A stretch of DNA of 64,000 nt from a virus, in the IMG/VR virus record IMGVR_UViG_3300017917_002838, positions 40,556 to 104,555 of that record; one strand, written 5' to 3'. Made by a program: the position numbers and the translations under genes. The notes beneath the pieces are model-generated. The model ran no database searches. It worked only from the letters and a program-made list of their open reading frames with translations, and was not told where the DNA came from. Of this stretch, positions 25,769-37,800 are shown in pieces. Position 1 is the stretch's first letter; each line of letters begins with the position of its first letter.

Positions 25769-27298
25769 TTAAGTTGTTACATCTCCAATTATATAATATG
25801 GTTTATAAGATAAAAAATAATCAGATGCACCGTCGAATACCCAGTAAATTGCTTGTGCTGATAATCTATACTTAAAACCAGACTCTAAAGCAAGAGTTTG
25901 AGATACTTGCAAGGCTGATGACCCATATGGGTCGTCTAACCAAATTCCGGACGAACTAGAATTCGGAGTAGTGTTTCCGTATACAGAATATCCATTTATA
26001 TAAATAAATCTTGTGCTTCCATTACCAGAAAGAGGAAAAACAGATATAAATGCATTTGTAAATTTATTTAATTTGTGTGCATATATTTGAACATAGTGTG
26101 GCAAAGATGTGTAACTTCCACCTGGGGCTTTTAATTTAACTACGTACTGTGCAGTATTTGGCACTGGACCACTTTGAAAATAAGATGACGAATCTATTGT
26201 GCTTGAAGTTGTTATTGTATTAACAGTTGCTAAATTATATAATGATTTTAAATAATTAAATTTTATATAATTAGAATAAAAGTAATAATCAGACCCTTGA
26301 TATCTTCCAATTGTGTAGTTCCATACATAGCAATCATGTATTTTTCCTTCATTTGCATAAAAAGTCCAATATCCAGGTACAGAAGTATCATAAGATTGTA
26401 ATGCATTTGTTGTTCTATACCATGAGCCTGAACTCCAATATTCTGGATCTGAATGTACATTATTATATCTATTAGCTTGTATGTATTCTCCGTGTCCGGA
26501 TCCACCAGAACTTCCAACCAAAAAATAACCAATATTAGCTGAATCTATATACGCATTTCTAAATATTGATGTTTTTGCAATTGGGCTTGGTCCACATAAA
26601 TAATTAATTGACGACGTTGCACTATCGTTATACCCAGAAGCTTTTGCTTTTATTGATATTGTAAGAGATTTTCCCATTAAATTGTTTAAATCATTGAAAA
26701 ACCAAGTTGTTCTAAAAATTTTTCCATTCGATGTAACTGTTCCAGTTGCTGTTGAAGAAATTGTATAGGTATATGTTTGCTGATATAGAGGCGGAACAAG
26801 AGCATTTGTTACCTTTGTTGCAATTCTTCCATTTATATTAAATTGAGTAGGTGTAGCATTTCTAATATAAACTTTATCATTAATATCTAAATTTAATGTA
26901 CTAGTTAGCGTTACTGTAGATCCATTTCCAGAAAGACTAATTATGCTTGCTTGATAAAAAGATGAATCTAAAATTGTTGCATTTTGTGCAATATAGGTGC
27001 TTGTTGTATTATTATAAATTGAATATTCATACGAAGTTGCATTATCTACTGGTCTAAATTCAATTCCAAAATTTGTATCTCCGGCGGATGGATTAAATGG
27101 AGAATAATAATATACATTTAAATCTTGTACGGCATCTAAAGTTGGAGTAGGAGCAGCTGTTGAAAAAAATTGTTTCCATGTTCCCGAAACATTAACATAT
27201 CCAGATTTTATTGTTTTCCATGTTCCAGAAACTAATACTTTTGCTGATGTTATATTTCTCCATGTACCAGAGACTAAAACTTTCATCTGTTTTGCCAT
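25769..27298 (-). CDS. Tail tip / receptor-binding protein candidate
   Basis: Three N-terminal (K/Y)V(L/N)VSGTW(R/K) repeats, Tyr/Ser/Thr-rich beta domains. Confidence 0.55.
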   Translation of the reverse strand: MAKQMKVLVSGTWRNITSAKVLVSGTWKTIKSGYVNVSGTWKQFFSTAAPTPTLDAVQDLNVYYYSPFNPSAGDTNFGIEFRPVDNATSYEYSIYNNTTSTYIAQNATILDSSFYQASIISLSGNGSTVTLTSTLNLDINDKVYIRNATPTQFNINGRIATKVTNALVPPLYQQTYTYTISSTATGTVTSNGKIFRTTWFFNDLNNLMGKSLTISIKAKASGYNDSATSSINYLCGPSPIAKTSIFRNAYIDSANIGYFLVGSSGGSGHGEYIQANRYNNVHSDPEYWSSGSWYRTTNALQSYDTSVPGYWTFYANEGKIHDCYVWNYTIGRYQGSDYYFYSNYIKFNYLKSLYNLATVNTITTSSTIDSSSYFQSGPVPNTAQYVVKLKAPGGSYTSLPHYVQIYAHKLNKFTNAFISVFPLSGNGSTRFIYINGYSVYGNTTPNSSSSGIWLDDPYGSSALQVSQTLALESGFKYRLSAQAIYWVFDGASDYFLSYKPYYIIGDVTT

Positions 27299-27309
27299 AG
27301 CACACCTAT

Positions 27310-28785
27310 TTATTCATAAACAAATACTATGTCGCCATCGACATAATTTTTAACTAACAATGGATTGTTAATTGAATCATATTGCGTTTGATATGTACTT
27401 GGCATTGTTGTGCTAGTTTGAACAGTAATATTTCTAAGACCATGCCTGCTAGAAGAGTTAGATTGATTTAGTCTAACATCGCTTCCCCATAAAACAAAGG
27501 TGTAGTTAGTCCTTAACTGTATTCCTATTGTATTGTCATTATTAGTAATTCTAATATCATCTAATGCAGTAGCAGGATATATATATGGATTTGAAGCGGA
27601 TATAAAAAGCTGGCCAATTTTTCCGCCCCCAGTAACTTCTAAAGGACCCTTTATGTCTAACGCGGATCCAGTCCATTTAATATAATTTGTAGAGCTTCCT
27701 ATATTGATAACTGGATTTGAACTATACCAACCAATATACCAACCAGTTGTTGTATCTGTATAAGAAGTCTTTGAAGAATATATAGATCCACTACTATTCA
27801 TAATTATTCCAGCATTAATATTTCCACTGGTATCAAACTTTTGAGCCCTACTATTTGCTGTACTTGCAGTTGAACTTGCAGAACTTGCAGTACTTGAAAT
27901 TGATCCAATGTCTGTTGGAGTATATCCACCTATTGCAACATATCCTGCTAGATCTGCTCTAAATTTAACATCGTTTGCTGAATCATATACTGCTAATCCT
28001 GGAAGTACTGGATATGTTAATGATATTGGAGATCCCGTAATGGGATCAGGATAACTTGTAATATTTGTTGTAGAACTAGATAATTCTATTCTTGCACCAG
28101 TTGCATTTCCGGCTCTCAAAAATGAGGTTGCGTCTATGGTTCCAGCTTTAATATTATTAAATACCAAAACGTCGCCTTTAAGTTTGCTTATTGTTACTGC
28201 TCCGGGACCAAGGTCTACATCAGATGCTCTAGTAGCTCCGCCAGAAACTGTAGCAACTAGAGCTTTTGATGATTCGTCTCCATTTGCATTTACTGCAGAA
28301 GCGAATATATAAACTGGTTCTGAATATCTTACATATGTACCATCAACAGAAAGTGTAATTGTATTTTCAATTAGATCAGAATACAAAACTCCAGCTAATT
28401 TTGCAGTAGTATTAGAATATGTATTTTCGTAACCAGCATAAACATTAATACATTTAAAACCATCGAAAGATTCTTCTGGATCGTCTCCTTGGTATGTTCC
28501 ATCCCAAGTAATTAAAATTGATGCGAACTCGCTACTAGCGGTAAATCCAGTTGGAACTTTGGGAGGATCAGCTTCGGTATCTATTAAATAAGATGGAGAC
28601 CAGTTGGATACAGACCCATCATTATAAACCCACTGAAACTGTAGTGCATATTCACTATCTGAATTTAAATCATCTACAACGATATCAAAATAGTCTCTTG
28701 GAATATTTTTTTGTTTAGGTGTGATGGCAAGATCTTCTGGTAGATTTGGATTTACCTTAATATCAAGCACATCTTTGTAGCTCAT
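27310..28785 (-). CDS. Minor tail protein (FN3-like domains)
   Basis: DLNSDSEYALQFQW...SNWS, PKVPTGFTA...ITWDG; position after tape measure. Confidence 0.65.
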   Translation of the reverse strand: MSYKDVLDIKVNPNLPEDLAITPKQKNIPRDYFDIVVDDLNSDSEYALQFQWVYNDGSVSNWSPSYLIDTEADPPKVPTGFTASSEFASILITWDGTYQGDDPEESFDGFKCINVYAGYENTYSNTTAKLAGVLYSDLIENTITLSVDGTYVRYSEPVYIFASAVNANGDESSKALVATVSGGATRASDVDLGPGAVTISKLKGDVLVFNNIKAGTIDATSFLRAGNATGARIELSSSTTNITSYPDPITGSPISLTYPVLPGLAVYDSANDVKFRADLAGYVAIGGYTPTDIGSISSTASSASSTASTANSRAQKFDTSGNINAGIIMNSSGSIYSSKTSYTDTTTGWYIGWYSSNPVINIGSSTNYIKWTGSALDIKGPLEVTGGGKIGQLFISASNPYIYPATALDDIRITNNDNTIGIQLRTNYTFVLWGSDVRLNQSNSSSRHGLRNITVQTSTTMPSTYQTQYDSINNPLLVKNYVDGDIVFVYE

Positions 28786-29960
28786 TAGAAGCTTAACTCC
28801 AGTCTATACTCGATATCTACCTGTCTTCCTGCAACTTTGGTTAGTGGTGATGCTAAAACTGCTCTGCTAATAAGACCAAAAATTGGATCAAACGTGTCTT
28901 CATCATTTATTCTTAGCCCATCAAAATATACAGTTGCTGGTGATGCTGCGCTAGAACAATTTACTACAATTCCAACTTTAGATATTGTTGTTGGGTCTGG
29001 AGTTCCAGTTGTGTTTCCAAATAAACTAGATAAGGATATTGATTGAATTTTATTTCCAGTACCAGAAGTCGGAGTAAATGTAGCAGTATAATAATCTGAT
29101 GCTGAACTATACAGCTTAACATCTATTGAAGAAAGGTTTGTGTCTGCTCTGTTATAACATAATGTTAGTGTATCATTTACGCTATATCCTGAAATATCTG
29201 TTTTAACAATTTCATTTAAATATTCAATGCTTGTAGTTGCACCATCATTTGACACTTCTAATAAATATGAACCAATTCTTGGAGTGGGTGTTGTTACCAA
29301 AGTGGGGTTTCCATCAGTTGTGCTATTTACCCAATTAAATTTATTTTCAAAAGTTGTGACGAATTTGCTATCAAAATTATTATTCGATGCTCTGGTTCCT
29401 GGATACAAACCAATTTCAGAAATTACTCCGGCAACATCTTGTGGAATTGATGTTTTATAAACAGTTTCATATGTATTTACTGTAGCAGTTCCACCGCTTA
29501 CATATGCAGCAGTATTTGTTCCAGAAATTGTAAATTGAGTAGCTGTTGCCGATGCTATAGTTGCTCCATACTGAATATATGAAGATGGACTAACTCCAGT
29601 TATGTCAACAGATTGTCCAGCTGTAAATGAATTATTTGCCGTAAATGTTATTACTGATCCATTTCCTGCAATATTTGTTATTGTTGCTTCAGACAAATTA
29701 ATATTTAAACTTCCATATTGAATTGGAAGTCTATAGAACTCAAAGTCCAGTCTGGTGTCTATTGGTTTTTCTGAAGTTGTTCCAGCAGCCGTAGAATCTG
29801 TTGCGGAACCACCTACACCCATTGCTATATCTTTTTTATCAAATACAACATTACCGGCCAAGAAATTTGTTAAAAATCTTTTTCCAAACCTGGTTATAAC
29901 GTTAGACTGTCGAGCTACTTCTTTGCCATTTTCATAAAATACATAAGTACCTTTAATCAT
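28785..29960 (-). CDS. Minor tail/baseplate protein
   Basis: NVITRFGKRF...IAMGVG...LDFEFYR...ISEIGLY...IEYRL pattern. Confidence 0.65.
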   Translation of the reverse strand: MIKGTYVFYENGKEVARQSNVITRFGKRFLTNFLAGNVVFDKKDIAMGVGGSATDSTAAGTTSEKPIDTRLDFEFYRLPIQYGSLNINLSEATITNIAGNGSVITFTANNSFTAGQSVDITGVSPSSYIQYGATIASATATQFTISGTNTAAYVSGGTATVNTYETVYKTSIPQDVAGVISEIGLYPGTRASNNNFDSKFVTTFENKFNWVNSTTDGNPTLVTTPTPRIGSYLLEVSNDGATTSIEYLNEIVKTDISGYSVNDTLTLCYNRADTNLSSIDVKLYSSASDYYTATFTPTSGTGNKIQSISLSSLFGNTTGTPDPTTISKVGIVVNCSSAASPATVYFDGLRINDEDTFDPIFGLISRAVLASPLTKVAGRQVDIEYRLELSF

Positions 29961-30340
29961 ACTATCGACTTCCTCACGTTTACCCCTTTAACACTTAAAC
30001 CTTTTGAATTTGTAACTCTTACTGTAATTTTAAATTTTTTGCTATTACCAACGTAGTATGGTGTTGGTCCAGATATTTTTTTAACTTCTTCTAAATCTAC
30101 TATATCGCCAGGTTCAGTTAAAACCGTTCCTTCTAACGATTTGTCTTCTTTAATATATGCAGAAGTAAATTGTGAATCTAGACCGCTAAGAACTGGTGAT
30201 AATTCTGCATAAATATCTCCTGAAGGAATTATTCTATAAAGACTTGGATCTAAATCTCTAGCCTCTGGAGAATTCTCATAAATTGCTATTTTAGGAACTC
30301 TAACAATTTGAGAGCTTGTTATTCCTTTTTTATTTTTCAT
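29957..30340 (-). CDS. Hypothetical tail-region protein (leaderless)
   Basis: TGATATAAT at 30347-30355, 6 nt before ATG. Confidence 0.65.
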   Translation of the reverse strand: MKNKKGITSSQIVRVPKIAIYENSPEARDLDPSLYRIIPSGDIYAELSPVLSGLDSQFTSAYIKEDKSLEGTVLTEPGDIVDLEEVKKISGPTPYYVGNSKKFKITVRVTNSKGLSVKGVNVRKSIV

Positions 30341-30359
30341 TTTAATATTATATCATTTA

Positions 30360-32435
30360 TCAGCTGTAAATTGCACGACAAACGATATCGGTCTCCAATC
30401 CTTGATTATAGTTTAGCGTTACATCTGTTACCAAAAATCTCATTGAATCTGTTAAACCTGGTCTAGAATAATTAATCTTAACAATATCACCTGGAGATAT
30501 TAGTGGGTTTCCAAATACAGACATTCTAACAATAATTTGTTTTTTAGACCATTGTGTTTTAATCCAGTCTGCTAATTTTTTAGCATCTTCTTCTTTTTGA
30601 ATCCAGGTTGAATCAAAGATAATTGGTTCTAGTCCTGCTGCATCTGATGGAGTATCTGTTTTATATTCTAATTGTCCAGCATTATAAACCTGAGTTCCAA
30701 CTATTTGAAATGATAATGAATTTCCATCACTTGCAGGAACTTGACCACCTGTATTATTCATTAAAAACATTTCAAATCCAAAATTATTTGTTTTCGTTCC
30801 CAATATTTCTATATGAGGATTTATTCCTTTGCTTGCATATTTTGCATATCCAGGATTTCCACTTTCATATTTTGTTTTAATTTGTTTAATTTCTTTAGCG
30901 GTGGTTCCAAATTCTAGCATGGTTCCGATATGCTCTTCAGATGTAGAATCAAATACTCTGTTCCCAAATAGGAAGGACATTGCCTGATCTTCAATTTTTC
31001 CATTTTTATTTAAAATCTTTTTAGGATTGTTAAATTCTTCTTCAGTCAGCGGATAGGCATAAACATAGTCATAATTTGCTGTTCCAGTTTGAGCCATAAG
31101 ACCCACATAAGTTGTAACTGGCAAATCTTCTGGCTCGGGATCTGTTGCTACAAATTTTTTACCATTTACATAAATAGTTATTTTTCTTTCAGCAGATGTT
31201 GAGTTATTTACTAATGCAGTTATATTATAAGTTTCACCACCATAAATAGCAGTAACTCTTTTATCGCTGGAATTTTGAGTATCTTTTAAAATTGTTTTAG
31301 ATCCTCCAACAACTTTAGCAACATATATGTCACGTTTATCTCCCGTACTATATCTTGCTGTTGATCTTGTAAATATAAAATATCCATCTGTTCCGGTATC
31401 GTTTGTAAAAAATCCAAGCCCTCCGGCTTGCTCTGGTTTTTTTTCATTAAAATCTAAAAACATGGTTGTGCCAAATGCAAAATATTTATATGGTATTTGT
31501 TCATAAATATATGTTGCTAAATTTAATGCAGAATATGTTGTTGGGAAATTCATATTTTTTATTGCTATAGAAACTTTATCTGAATTTTTAGAATTATTTG
31601 TAATTGATAAAACAGAATTTTGTATATCAGGAATTGTTGTTTTTAATATTGGAATAATTGGTTTTTTGGGAGCTGATTGAGATTCAGTTTTTGCTATTTC
31701 AACTTGTTCTTGAGGTTTTGGTGCGGCAACTGATTGTACAGTAGTTGTAGTAGTTTTCTTTTTTGTTCCAACTGTTGAAGATTTTGATGTACTTGAACTT
31801 TTAGGAACTGTTTTTTTAGTTTGAGTTACAGTTTTTTGAGGAGCTTTAAGGCCATCCATATGAGCTCCATGTGGAATCACAACAGATTTTGCCTGTGGTT
31901 TTTGAACAGAAACTTTTGTAGACTTTGGCGTTGTAAATGTAATTTTTACTGTATCAGAATCATATGAGTTTATTACTTGTGAACTTGAATTTTGCAAAAC
32001 AGTTGTTAATTGTATTTCTAATCTATATTTTGTATTTGAAATTAATGCTGGCATTGGGTCATTAGTAGAAAGTATTGATATTTCATCAACATTTCCAACT
32101 AAAGGAACTGTGTTGTTTTGATTTAAAACATTATATACAGTAGTTGTGTCTCCAGTTAATAATAATTCTTTAATTTTTACTATTAATGGAGGATTATATG
32201 GGGTATAAAAATAATTTACATAAAAGTCATTTACTAGTGATGAGTTACTAACCTTATAAAGTTTTACTGTAAAATTAAAACGATATTTATTTGTTCCTAA
32301 TTGTGCTGGAGAAAAATATTTTGGAGTTAACTCAAAGCTGGCTGAACAGGAAGTACTTTTTAAATTTAATATTTTAAGTTTATTAACAGATCCATTGTTA
32401 TTAGTATTTCCAGAGTATATTGGTTCTCTTGCCAT
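30360..32435 (-). CDS. Minor tail protein
   Basis: C-terminal DSTWIQ...FGNPLISPGDIVKI hub-like motif; start at ATG 32435 (TAATG). Confidence 0.65.
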   Translation of the reverse strand: MAREPIYSGNTNNNGSVNKLKILNLKSTSCSASFELTPKYFSPAQLGTNKYRFNFTVKLYKVSNSSLVNDFYVNYFYTPYNPPLIVKIKELLLTGDTTTVYNVLNQNNTVPLVGNVDEISILSTNDPMPALISNTKYRLEIQLTTVLQNSSSQVINSYDSDTVKITFTTPKSTKVSVQKPQAKSVVIPHGAHMDGLKAPQKTVTQTKKTVPKSSSTSKSSTVGTKKKTTTTTVQSVAAPKPQEQVEIAKTESQSAPKKPIIPILKTTIPDIQNSVLSITNNSKNSDKVSIAIKNMNFPTTYSALNLATYIYEQIPYKYFAFGTTMFLDFNEKKPEQAGGLGFFTNDTGTDGYFIFTRSTARYSTGDKRDIYVAKVVGGSKTILKDTQNSSDKRVTAIYGGETYNITALVNNSTSAERKITIYVNGKKFVATDPEPEDLPVTTYVGLMAQTGTANYDYVYAYPLTEEEFNNPKKILNKNGKIEDQAMSFLFGNRVFDSTSEEHIGTMLEFGTTAKEIKQIKTKYESGNPGYAKYASKGINPHIEILGTKTNNFGFEMFLMNNTGGQVPASDGNSLSFQIVGTQVYNAGQLEYKTDTPSDAAGLEPIIFDSTWIQKEEDAKKLADWIKTQWSKKQIIVRMSVFGNPLISPGDIVKINYSRPGLTDSMRFLVTDVTLNYNQGLETDIVCRAIYS

Positions 32436-34363
32436 TATGACCAGTCCACCTCCCACTCAATTAAACCATTAGCAAATGCTAGATTAGAATATGCCTCTCC
32501 GGTTCCAACATGAGCTTTGGCAGTTGTACCTAAAGCGCCTCTTGTTTTTATTTTAAATCTATTTGTTGGAAATATAGTTCCTGCTTTAGATAAAGATTTT
32601 AATTGTTCTAATTCGCTCTTAGATTTGACAATTACTGGTGTTTGATCAATTCCATCTGAATTTTTATAACGATATTCAGCGCCTTCAAATTCTATAATTT
32701 CATCATCTACAGAAAAATAGCCACTTAAAGATGTGGTTGCAACTACATCTTTTTGAAGTTTGTTTGGAAGTATTGGAGAAAGCTCTATATAGTCAGTTTC
32801 TGAATTATCTAAACTTTTAATTAAAGCTCCTCCTCCTAAAAACATTTCTCCGCTTGATTGCCATAGGAGTTGGCTATTTTGCAAATCAAATTCAGATGTT
32901 ACTGCTGGCTGCCATACAATTTTAACATAACTACTTGATGGAGTTTCTTCCTTTTCTAAAGATATAATATTAGAAGAATATCCATTTCCAGTAGTATCTC
33001 TAAATTCCCACGGTGACGAAACTCTGGTTGCGTCAAACAAATAATCTCTTGTGTAGAACTGCAATATATTATTTTCGTCAAACACCGCTGTCATTTGTGA
33101 ATCTCTGCATATTTCTTGTAGTGCATCCCAAACTGTTTGATCATCTTTTGACCACCAATAAATCGGTGTGATGATTGAGGTGTCTTGAGCTGTTCCAGAT
33201 TTTAAATTTATATTATAATTTGTAAATCCAATAGAGTCCAACATATATCTTATAATTGCTGGTGAAGTATATCCGTTACACAATAAGTTTGGAGAAACTG
33301 TTTCTTGTAATATTTTAGACGAATCTAAAGCTGTTATTGATAAATCTCCATATTCAGAAAGAGTATAGCTATGTAAATAATATGTACCCTGTTTAATTTT
33401 TTCATATGTAGATGAAGTTGGACTTTCATAAACTTTTATATATGGCCTAATAATAAGATTTTTAAATAAATAAATATCAGATGACGATAATGATGTTAAA
33501 GATTTTTCAAATGTTTTAAATTTTATGGAAGACTCAAACGAAATTAATTCTGATCTTAATGAGTTTGCTGTGATTTTTCCCACTGGCAAAAGATCTTCTG
33601 CTGAAGATGAAGACTCTTTACTTATTGAAAATGATTTAAGATATTGTGTAGCATCTAATTCCCATCTGGGAGACAATTCAATAATTCCCAAATATTTGTC
33701 TACGACTCCATCAACTGTTAACCTTAATGTTGTAATACTTACTGGTGATGCAGGTGTAGTTGGTTCAGCTACAGACCACAAGCTACCATCATAATAAATA
33801 GTAACAGTGCCAGCATTTGGACTTCCCCAAGGTGCCACGTTTGAAGCATTTCCGGAAAAAATTGTTCCTGCTTGAGTTCTTATAGTAAAAGATTCTGGTA
33901 TTGAGTGACCAAGCTCAAAACGAACAACTATTTTGTTTGCTAAAATTGTTTTAGGATAGGTCATTGAAATATCTACTGCTTGACCTTTGCCATAAAGCCA
34001 GTATTTATATACGTTATCTTGACCCGGATAATATGTTCTGTATTGTAAAGAATATTGACTATTACGAGGATCTTTATAACTACCCGTCAAAACATCTCCG
34101 ACAATAGCATATTTAATTCCGGCACTTTCTGGCCTAAATGGTTTTTTAATTGTATCTATTGGAAAAAGTTTTTTAAATGGAGATCCAGGAACAACAGTTT
34201 GCGGATAATTTTCTACTCCACCAGCAAAATTATTAATTGTAATAAAACTTGTTTCTGTTTCTCCCATATAATTCATATTATATTCAAAGGTCATGCCAGC
34301 AATAGCTTTTACAGAATTGCCAGTTTTAATTGCTGCCAATGTAGCTGAATTTGCAGAAATCAT
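32435..34363 (-). CDS. Minor tail protein (baseplate hub-like)
   Basis: TVWDALQEICRDSQMTAVFDE..LQF; start at ATG 34363 (ATGA). Confidence 0.7.
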   Translation of the reverse strand: MISANSATLAAIKTGNSVKAIAGMTFEYNMNYMGETETSFITINNFAGGVENYPQTVVPGSPFKKLFPIDTIKKPFRPESAGIKYAIVGDVLTGSYKDPRNSQYSLQYRTYYPGQDNVYKYWLYGKGQAVDISMTYPKTILANKIVVRFELGHSIPESFTIRTQAGTIFSGNASNVAPWGSPNAGTVTIYYDGSLWSVAEPTTPASPVSITTLRLTVDGVVDKYLGIIELSPRWELDATQYLKSFSISKESSSSAEDLLPVGKITANSLRSELISFESSIKFKTFEKSLTSLSSSDIYLFKNLIIRPYIKVYESPTSSTYEKIKQGTYYLHSYTLSEYGDLSITALDSSKILQETVSPNLLCNGYTSPAIIRYMLDSIGFTNYNINLKSGTAQDTSIITPIYWWSKDDQTVWDALQEICRDSQMTAVFDENNILQFYTRDYLFDATRVSSPWEFRDTTGNGYSSNIISLEKEETPSSSYVKIVWQPAVTSEFDLQNSQLLWQSSGEMFLGGGALIKSLDNSETDYIELSPILPNKLQKDVVATTSLSGYFSVDDEIIEFEGAEYRYKNSDGIDQTPVIVKSKSELEQLKSLSKAGTIFPTNRFKIKTRGALGTTAKAHVGTGEAYSNLAFANGLIEWEVDWS

Positions 34364-34821
34364 ACTTCTTCCAGAGAGATAGATACTTCCCAAAATTCTT
34401 GTGCGGGATCAGTTGATCTAGATTTTACATTTCTTTTAGATAACGTACAGCTAAATGAAGATATAAACATTGTCAAAGATTCCGTTCTTGTTGGACTATA
34501 ATATATAGTCAGTGTTACTGGAGAAAGGCCAGAAGTTTCGTATAAATATCTTAGGTCTAGTGCTCCGTAACCAGTGTCTAATGTCATTGTACTATATGAT
34601 GGCAAAACTGACCAGGAGGTAGAAACTGTTTTTTTATTGGCTACAATAAATTTTCTCATGGAGCCATCTGCCATTCTATCTGATTTTTCTATTCGATTAT
34701 AGCCAATATCAATTGGCGCTCTATTGTGTTCACTTAATTTATTTGAATTAATATATAAAGCTGATCCAGCTGGCAAAGTAATCTTGCTGGCACTAGAGGT
34801 TACTGGTGTTTCGTAGCTCAT
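34360..34821 (-). CDS. Distal tail protein-like minor tail protein
   Basis: RMADGSMRKF...WEVSISLEEV; immediately downstream of tape measure. Confidence 0.7.
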   Translation of the reverse strand: MSYETPVTSSASKITLPAGSALYINSNKLSEHNRAPIDIGYNRIEKSDRMADGSMRKFIVANKKTVSTSWSVLPSYSTMTLDTGYGALDLRYLYETSGLSPVTLTIYYSPTRTESLTMFISSFSCTLSKRNVKSRSTDPAQEFWEVSISLEEV

Positions 34822-37800
34822 GATTTAAACCTTCTATCTGAACCAATCTTTATATTTGAAAGTTTGGTGTTACTATTTATAATACCAACTATATCATTCT
34901 TTAGCTTATCTTCCATATATGGCGACAACTCTCCTTGGAATATAAAGTTTAATGTTGTAGCTCCATAAGAATCTGATTCTACCATTCCGCCATAAGCATA
35001 TCCTATTCTATTTGTAGGGACTTTATATACTGCACCGCCAACACGATATGAAGGCATTGACATATTAGATGACATTGATGGGTTTACGTATCCGCCCATT
35101 CCCATTCTGTTAATATTATTTAAGAATGGAACACCAACTGCTGCCGTTGCTCTAGCATTAACAACAAATTCTCCATTTGAGAGCAAGGCTGGAATTGAAT
35201 CTGATGTTCCAGTTCCTGGACCATAAATAGGTCCGCCCATGGCTGATCCTTTTGGTCTTCCTCCGGTTCCAACATCTCCAACACCAGGTCTATTGGTATA
35301 TGCTCCTTTTCCTCCACTTTGATATTCTGGTCTTTCAACAGCTTTAACAGATTTACCATTAACAGTTGCACCTTCTGGAATTTTTCCAGTTGTAATTATG
35401 GTTGCTGCTGTTACAAAATCTGTTGCAGCAGCTTTAATGTCTGAAGCACCTTGAGTAAAATTCTTTTGAGCTTCTACACTTAATTCAGAAGATGCCCTAT
35501 TTCCTAGCGCTGCTATCTTAGATTGAAGATCCGTTGAAACTGTTAACTTTCCTCCGCCTCTTGCAGCCATTCTATTTTCTTCAGTATTAGCAATAACGCC
35601 AGTTCCCAAAATTGATTCTACTGCGGCGTTTAGATCTTTATCTTTAAGTGATTGAACACCTTTAATTGCTGTTTCCATCTGACCCATAAATGCTTTTTGA
35701 TCAATTTGCCCTAGTTGTCTTGCTGTGAGTGCTTGAGATATAAGACCCATATACATTTGAGCCTGAGAAGATTTTTGCTGATTATTTGCAGCAGATTGTT
35801 GCATGGCAACAATTTCTTTTTCTTGCTTCATCTTTTTTTCATTAAGCTTATCAATTTTTGCTTGTTGTTCTTCTAGTTTGCGTTGTCTCTCATCTTCAAT
35901 TGCTTGTAGAGCAAGTTGTTCCTGACGCTCCCTAGCAGCATCTTGAATCCTTATTTGAGCTGATGCAGCAGCCTCTTCATTTCCATTTGCTATAGCATTT
36001 CTATATTCAATATCTAGTAAAGATATTTCAGTCTTGAAATCACGTTCTGCTTTTTGTAGCTCAAGTGCTTTCTTTCTGGCATCCGCCTCTTTATTAATTT
36101 TGTCAATAATTTTTTGAATAGCGTCTGCTTGTTTTTTATAAGCTTCTTCGCTACTTTGAGCGGCTTTTTGTATAGATTTAGACGAATTAGACCATTTCTT
36201 TGAATAGTTATCAATTGCTGTATTTAAAGGACCAAATGATCCTGTTTTTAATATTGATGCTGATGCTGTTTCTACGCTTGATTGATATTTTGCTAAAGAA
36301 ATTGCAGTAGCTGCATCTAATTTAGATACCTCATCGCCCATTCCAGCAAGTAGTAATTTAGATTTAGCATAAACGCTTGCTAGGTTGTCAGAAGTATTAA
36401 GTACCTGACCAAGTTCTTTATTTTGAGCTTGTATTGCTAAAAGTTGTTCATTAGTTAAATTTTTATTTGCGCCTTGTGTATTGGCAATTGTTTGAAGTTG
36501 TGTATTAACTGCCTCTTGTGCGGTAACAATTTTTCCTGTAGCATCTTTTGTACCAATTGAAGCTTTTTCTGCTTCTAATAAAGCATTAACCATAGACATA
36601 ATTCCGGTTGCAGCTTCTTCAGAATTGGAATTTACAGAAGACATTTCTGTGGCAGTTATTCTAACTTTTGCTGCAGCAGCAGTTGCCTTATCTGTAATAT
36701 CTGCAAAACCCTTATTTCCTATAGCACCTACAGCCATGGTAGCTTTTTCAGAAGCTTTAATAATTGCAAATACTTTATTTGTTGCTTCTTCTGCGCTCAT
36801 TCCACCGGCAATAAAATCGGCTTTCATAGATTGAGCTAATTGATTAACGTTAGAAGGATCTATGTTATTAAATAAGTTAACAAGATCTGGCATATTTTTC
36901 TTTGCATCTTCTATTGCAGTTTTTAATTCTTTTATGCTTAGTGTTAATCCTCTAAATCCAGTTTTAGTATTTTCGTTATAAGCTGCTAAACCTGATGCCT
37001 TAAATGCATCTGCTGCATCTTTGGCAGACTTTAATCTATCGGAAAGAGAAACAATTTCTATTCCAGCCTTTTTAGCTTGTTCTCCGGTAAGTCCAAAAGA
37101 AGCTCTGTTTGCTTTTCCAACCTCTTCTGCATGTTTTTTCATGTCTAAGAATTTTTTGCCTAACCATACTACTGCAGTAAGTATGGCTCCTGGCAAGGAT
37201 AACATTTTTAATAACCTTATAACTTTAAAAACTACAACACTCATGCTTGTCATTCCTTTTAGTGCTGTTCCTAATTGTGGTAAAAATGCTGGAGCCATAC
37301 TTAATGCCATTCCACCAGCCATCATAGCTGTTCCACCGGCACCACCCATTTGACTTCCAGCTGTCATCATTCCCATTCCAGCCATTCCAGCCAGCATTCC
37401 ACCATTATCTTTTCCATAATTTTGCATTCTTTTTGCAAGTGCTTCTCTTCTGGATCCAGCTGCTGGAGGAGGTGGTAAAAATCCTGCTCTTGTTGTTAAA
37501 AGTTTTTTCCATTCTGTTTTAGTTTGAACAACTGTTCCGAGAGGACCTTCAAATGTTTCTCCTGCTGCCATTGGTCTATCTCGCAGTCTAGAAAGATCTT
37601 TAAATCCAGCTAAATAATCTTTTGTTTTTGAAGCAGCTAACTTTGCAGATTCTCCAGACTTTAGTATAGCTGCTCTACTTTTATCTATTGCATTAGATAT
37701 TGCTTTACTAGAAGACTCATATGATTTTTTAATTGAATCATTTATTGCTGCTATTCTATCTTTTGTAGAATTTGCAGCTTGTAATAATCCAGTGTAAGCA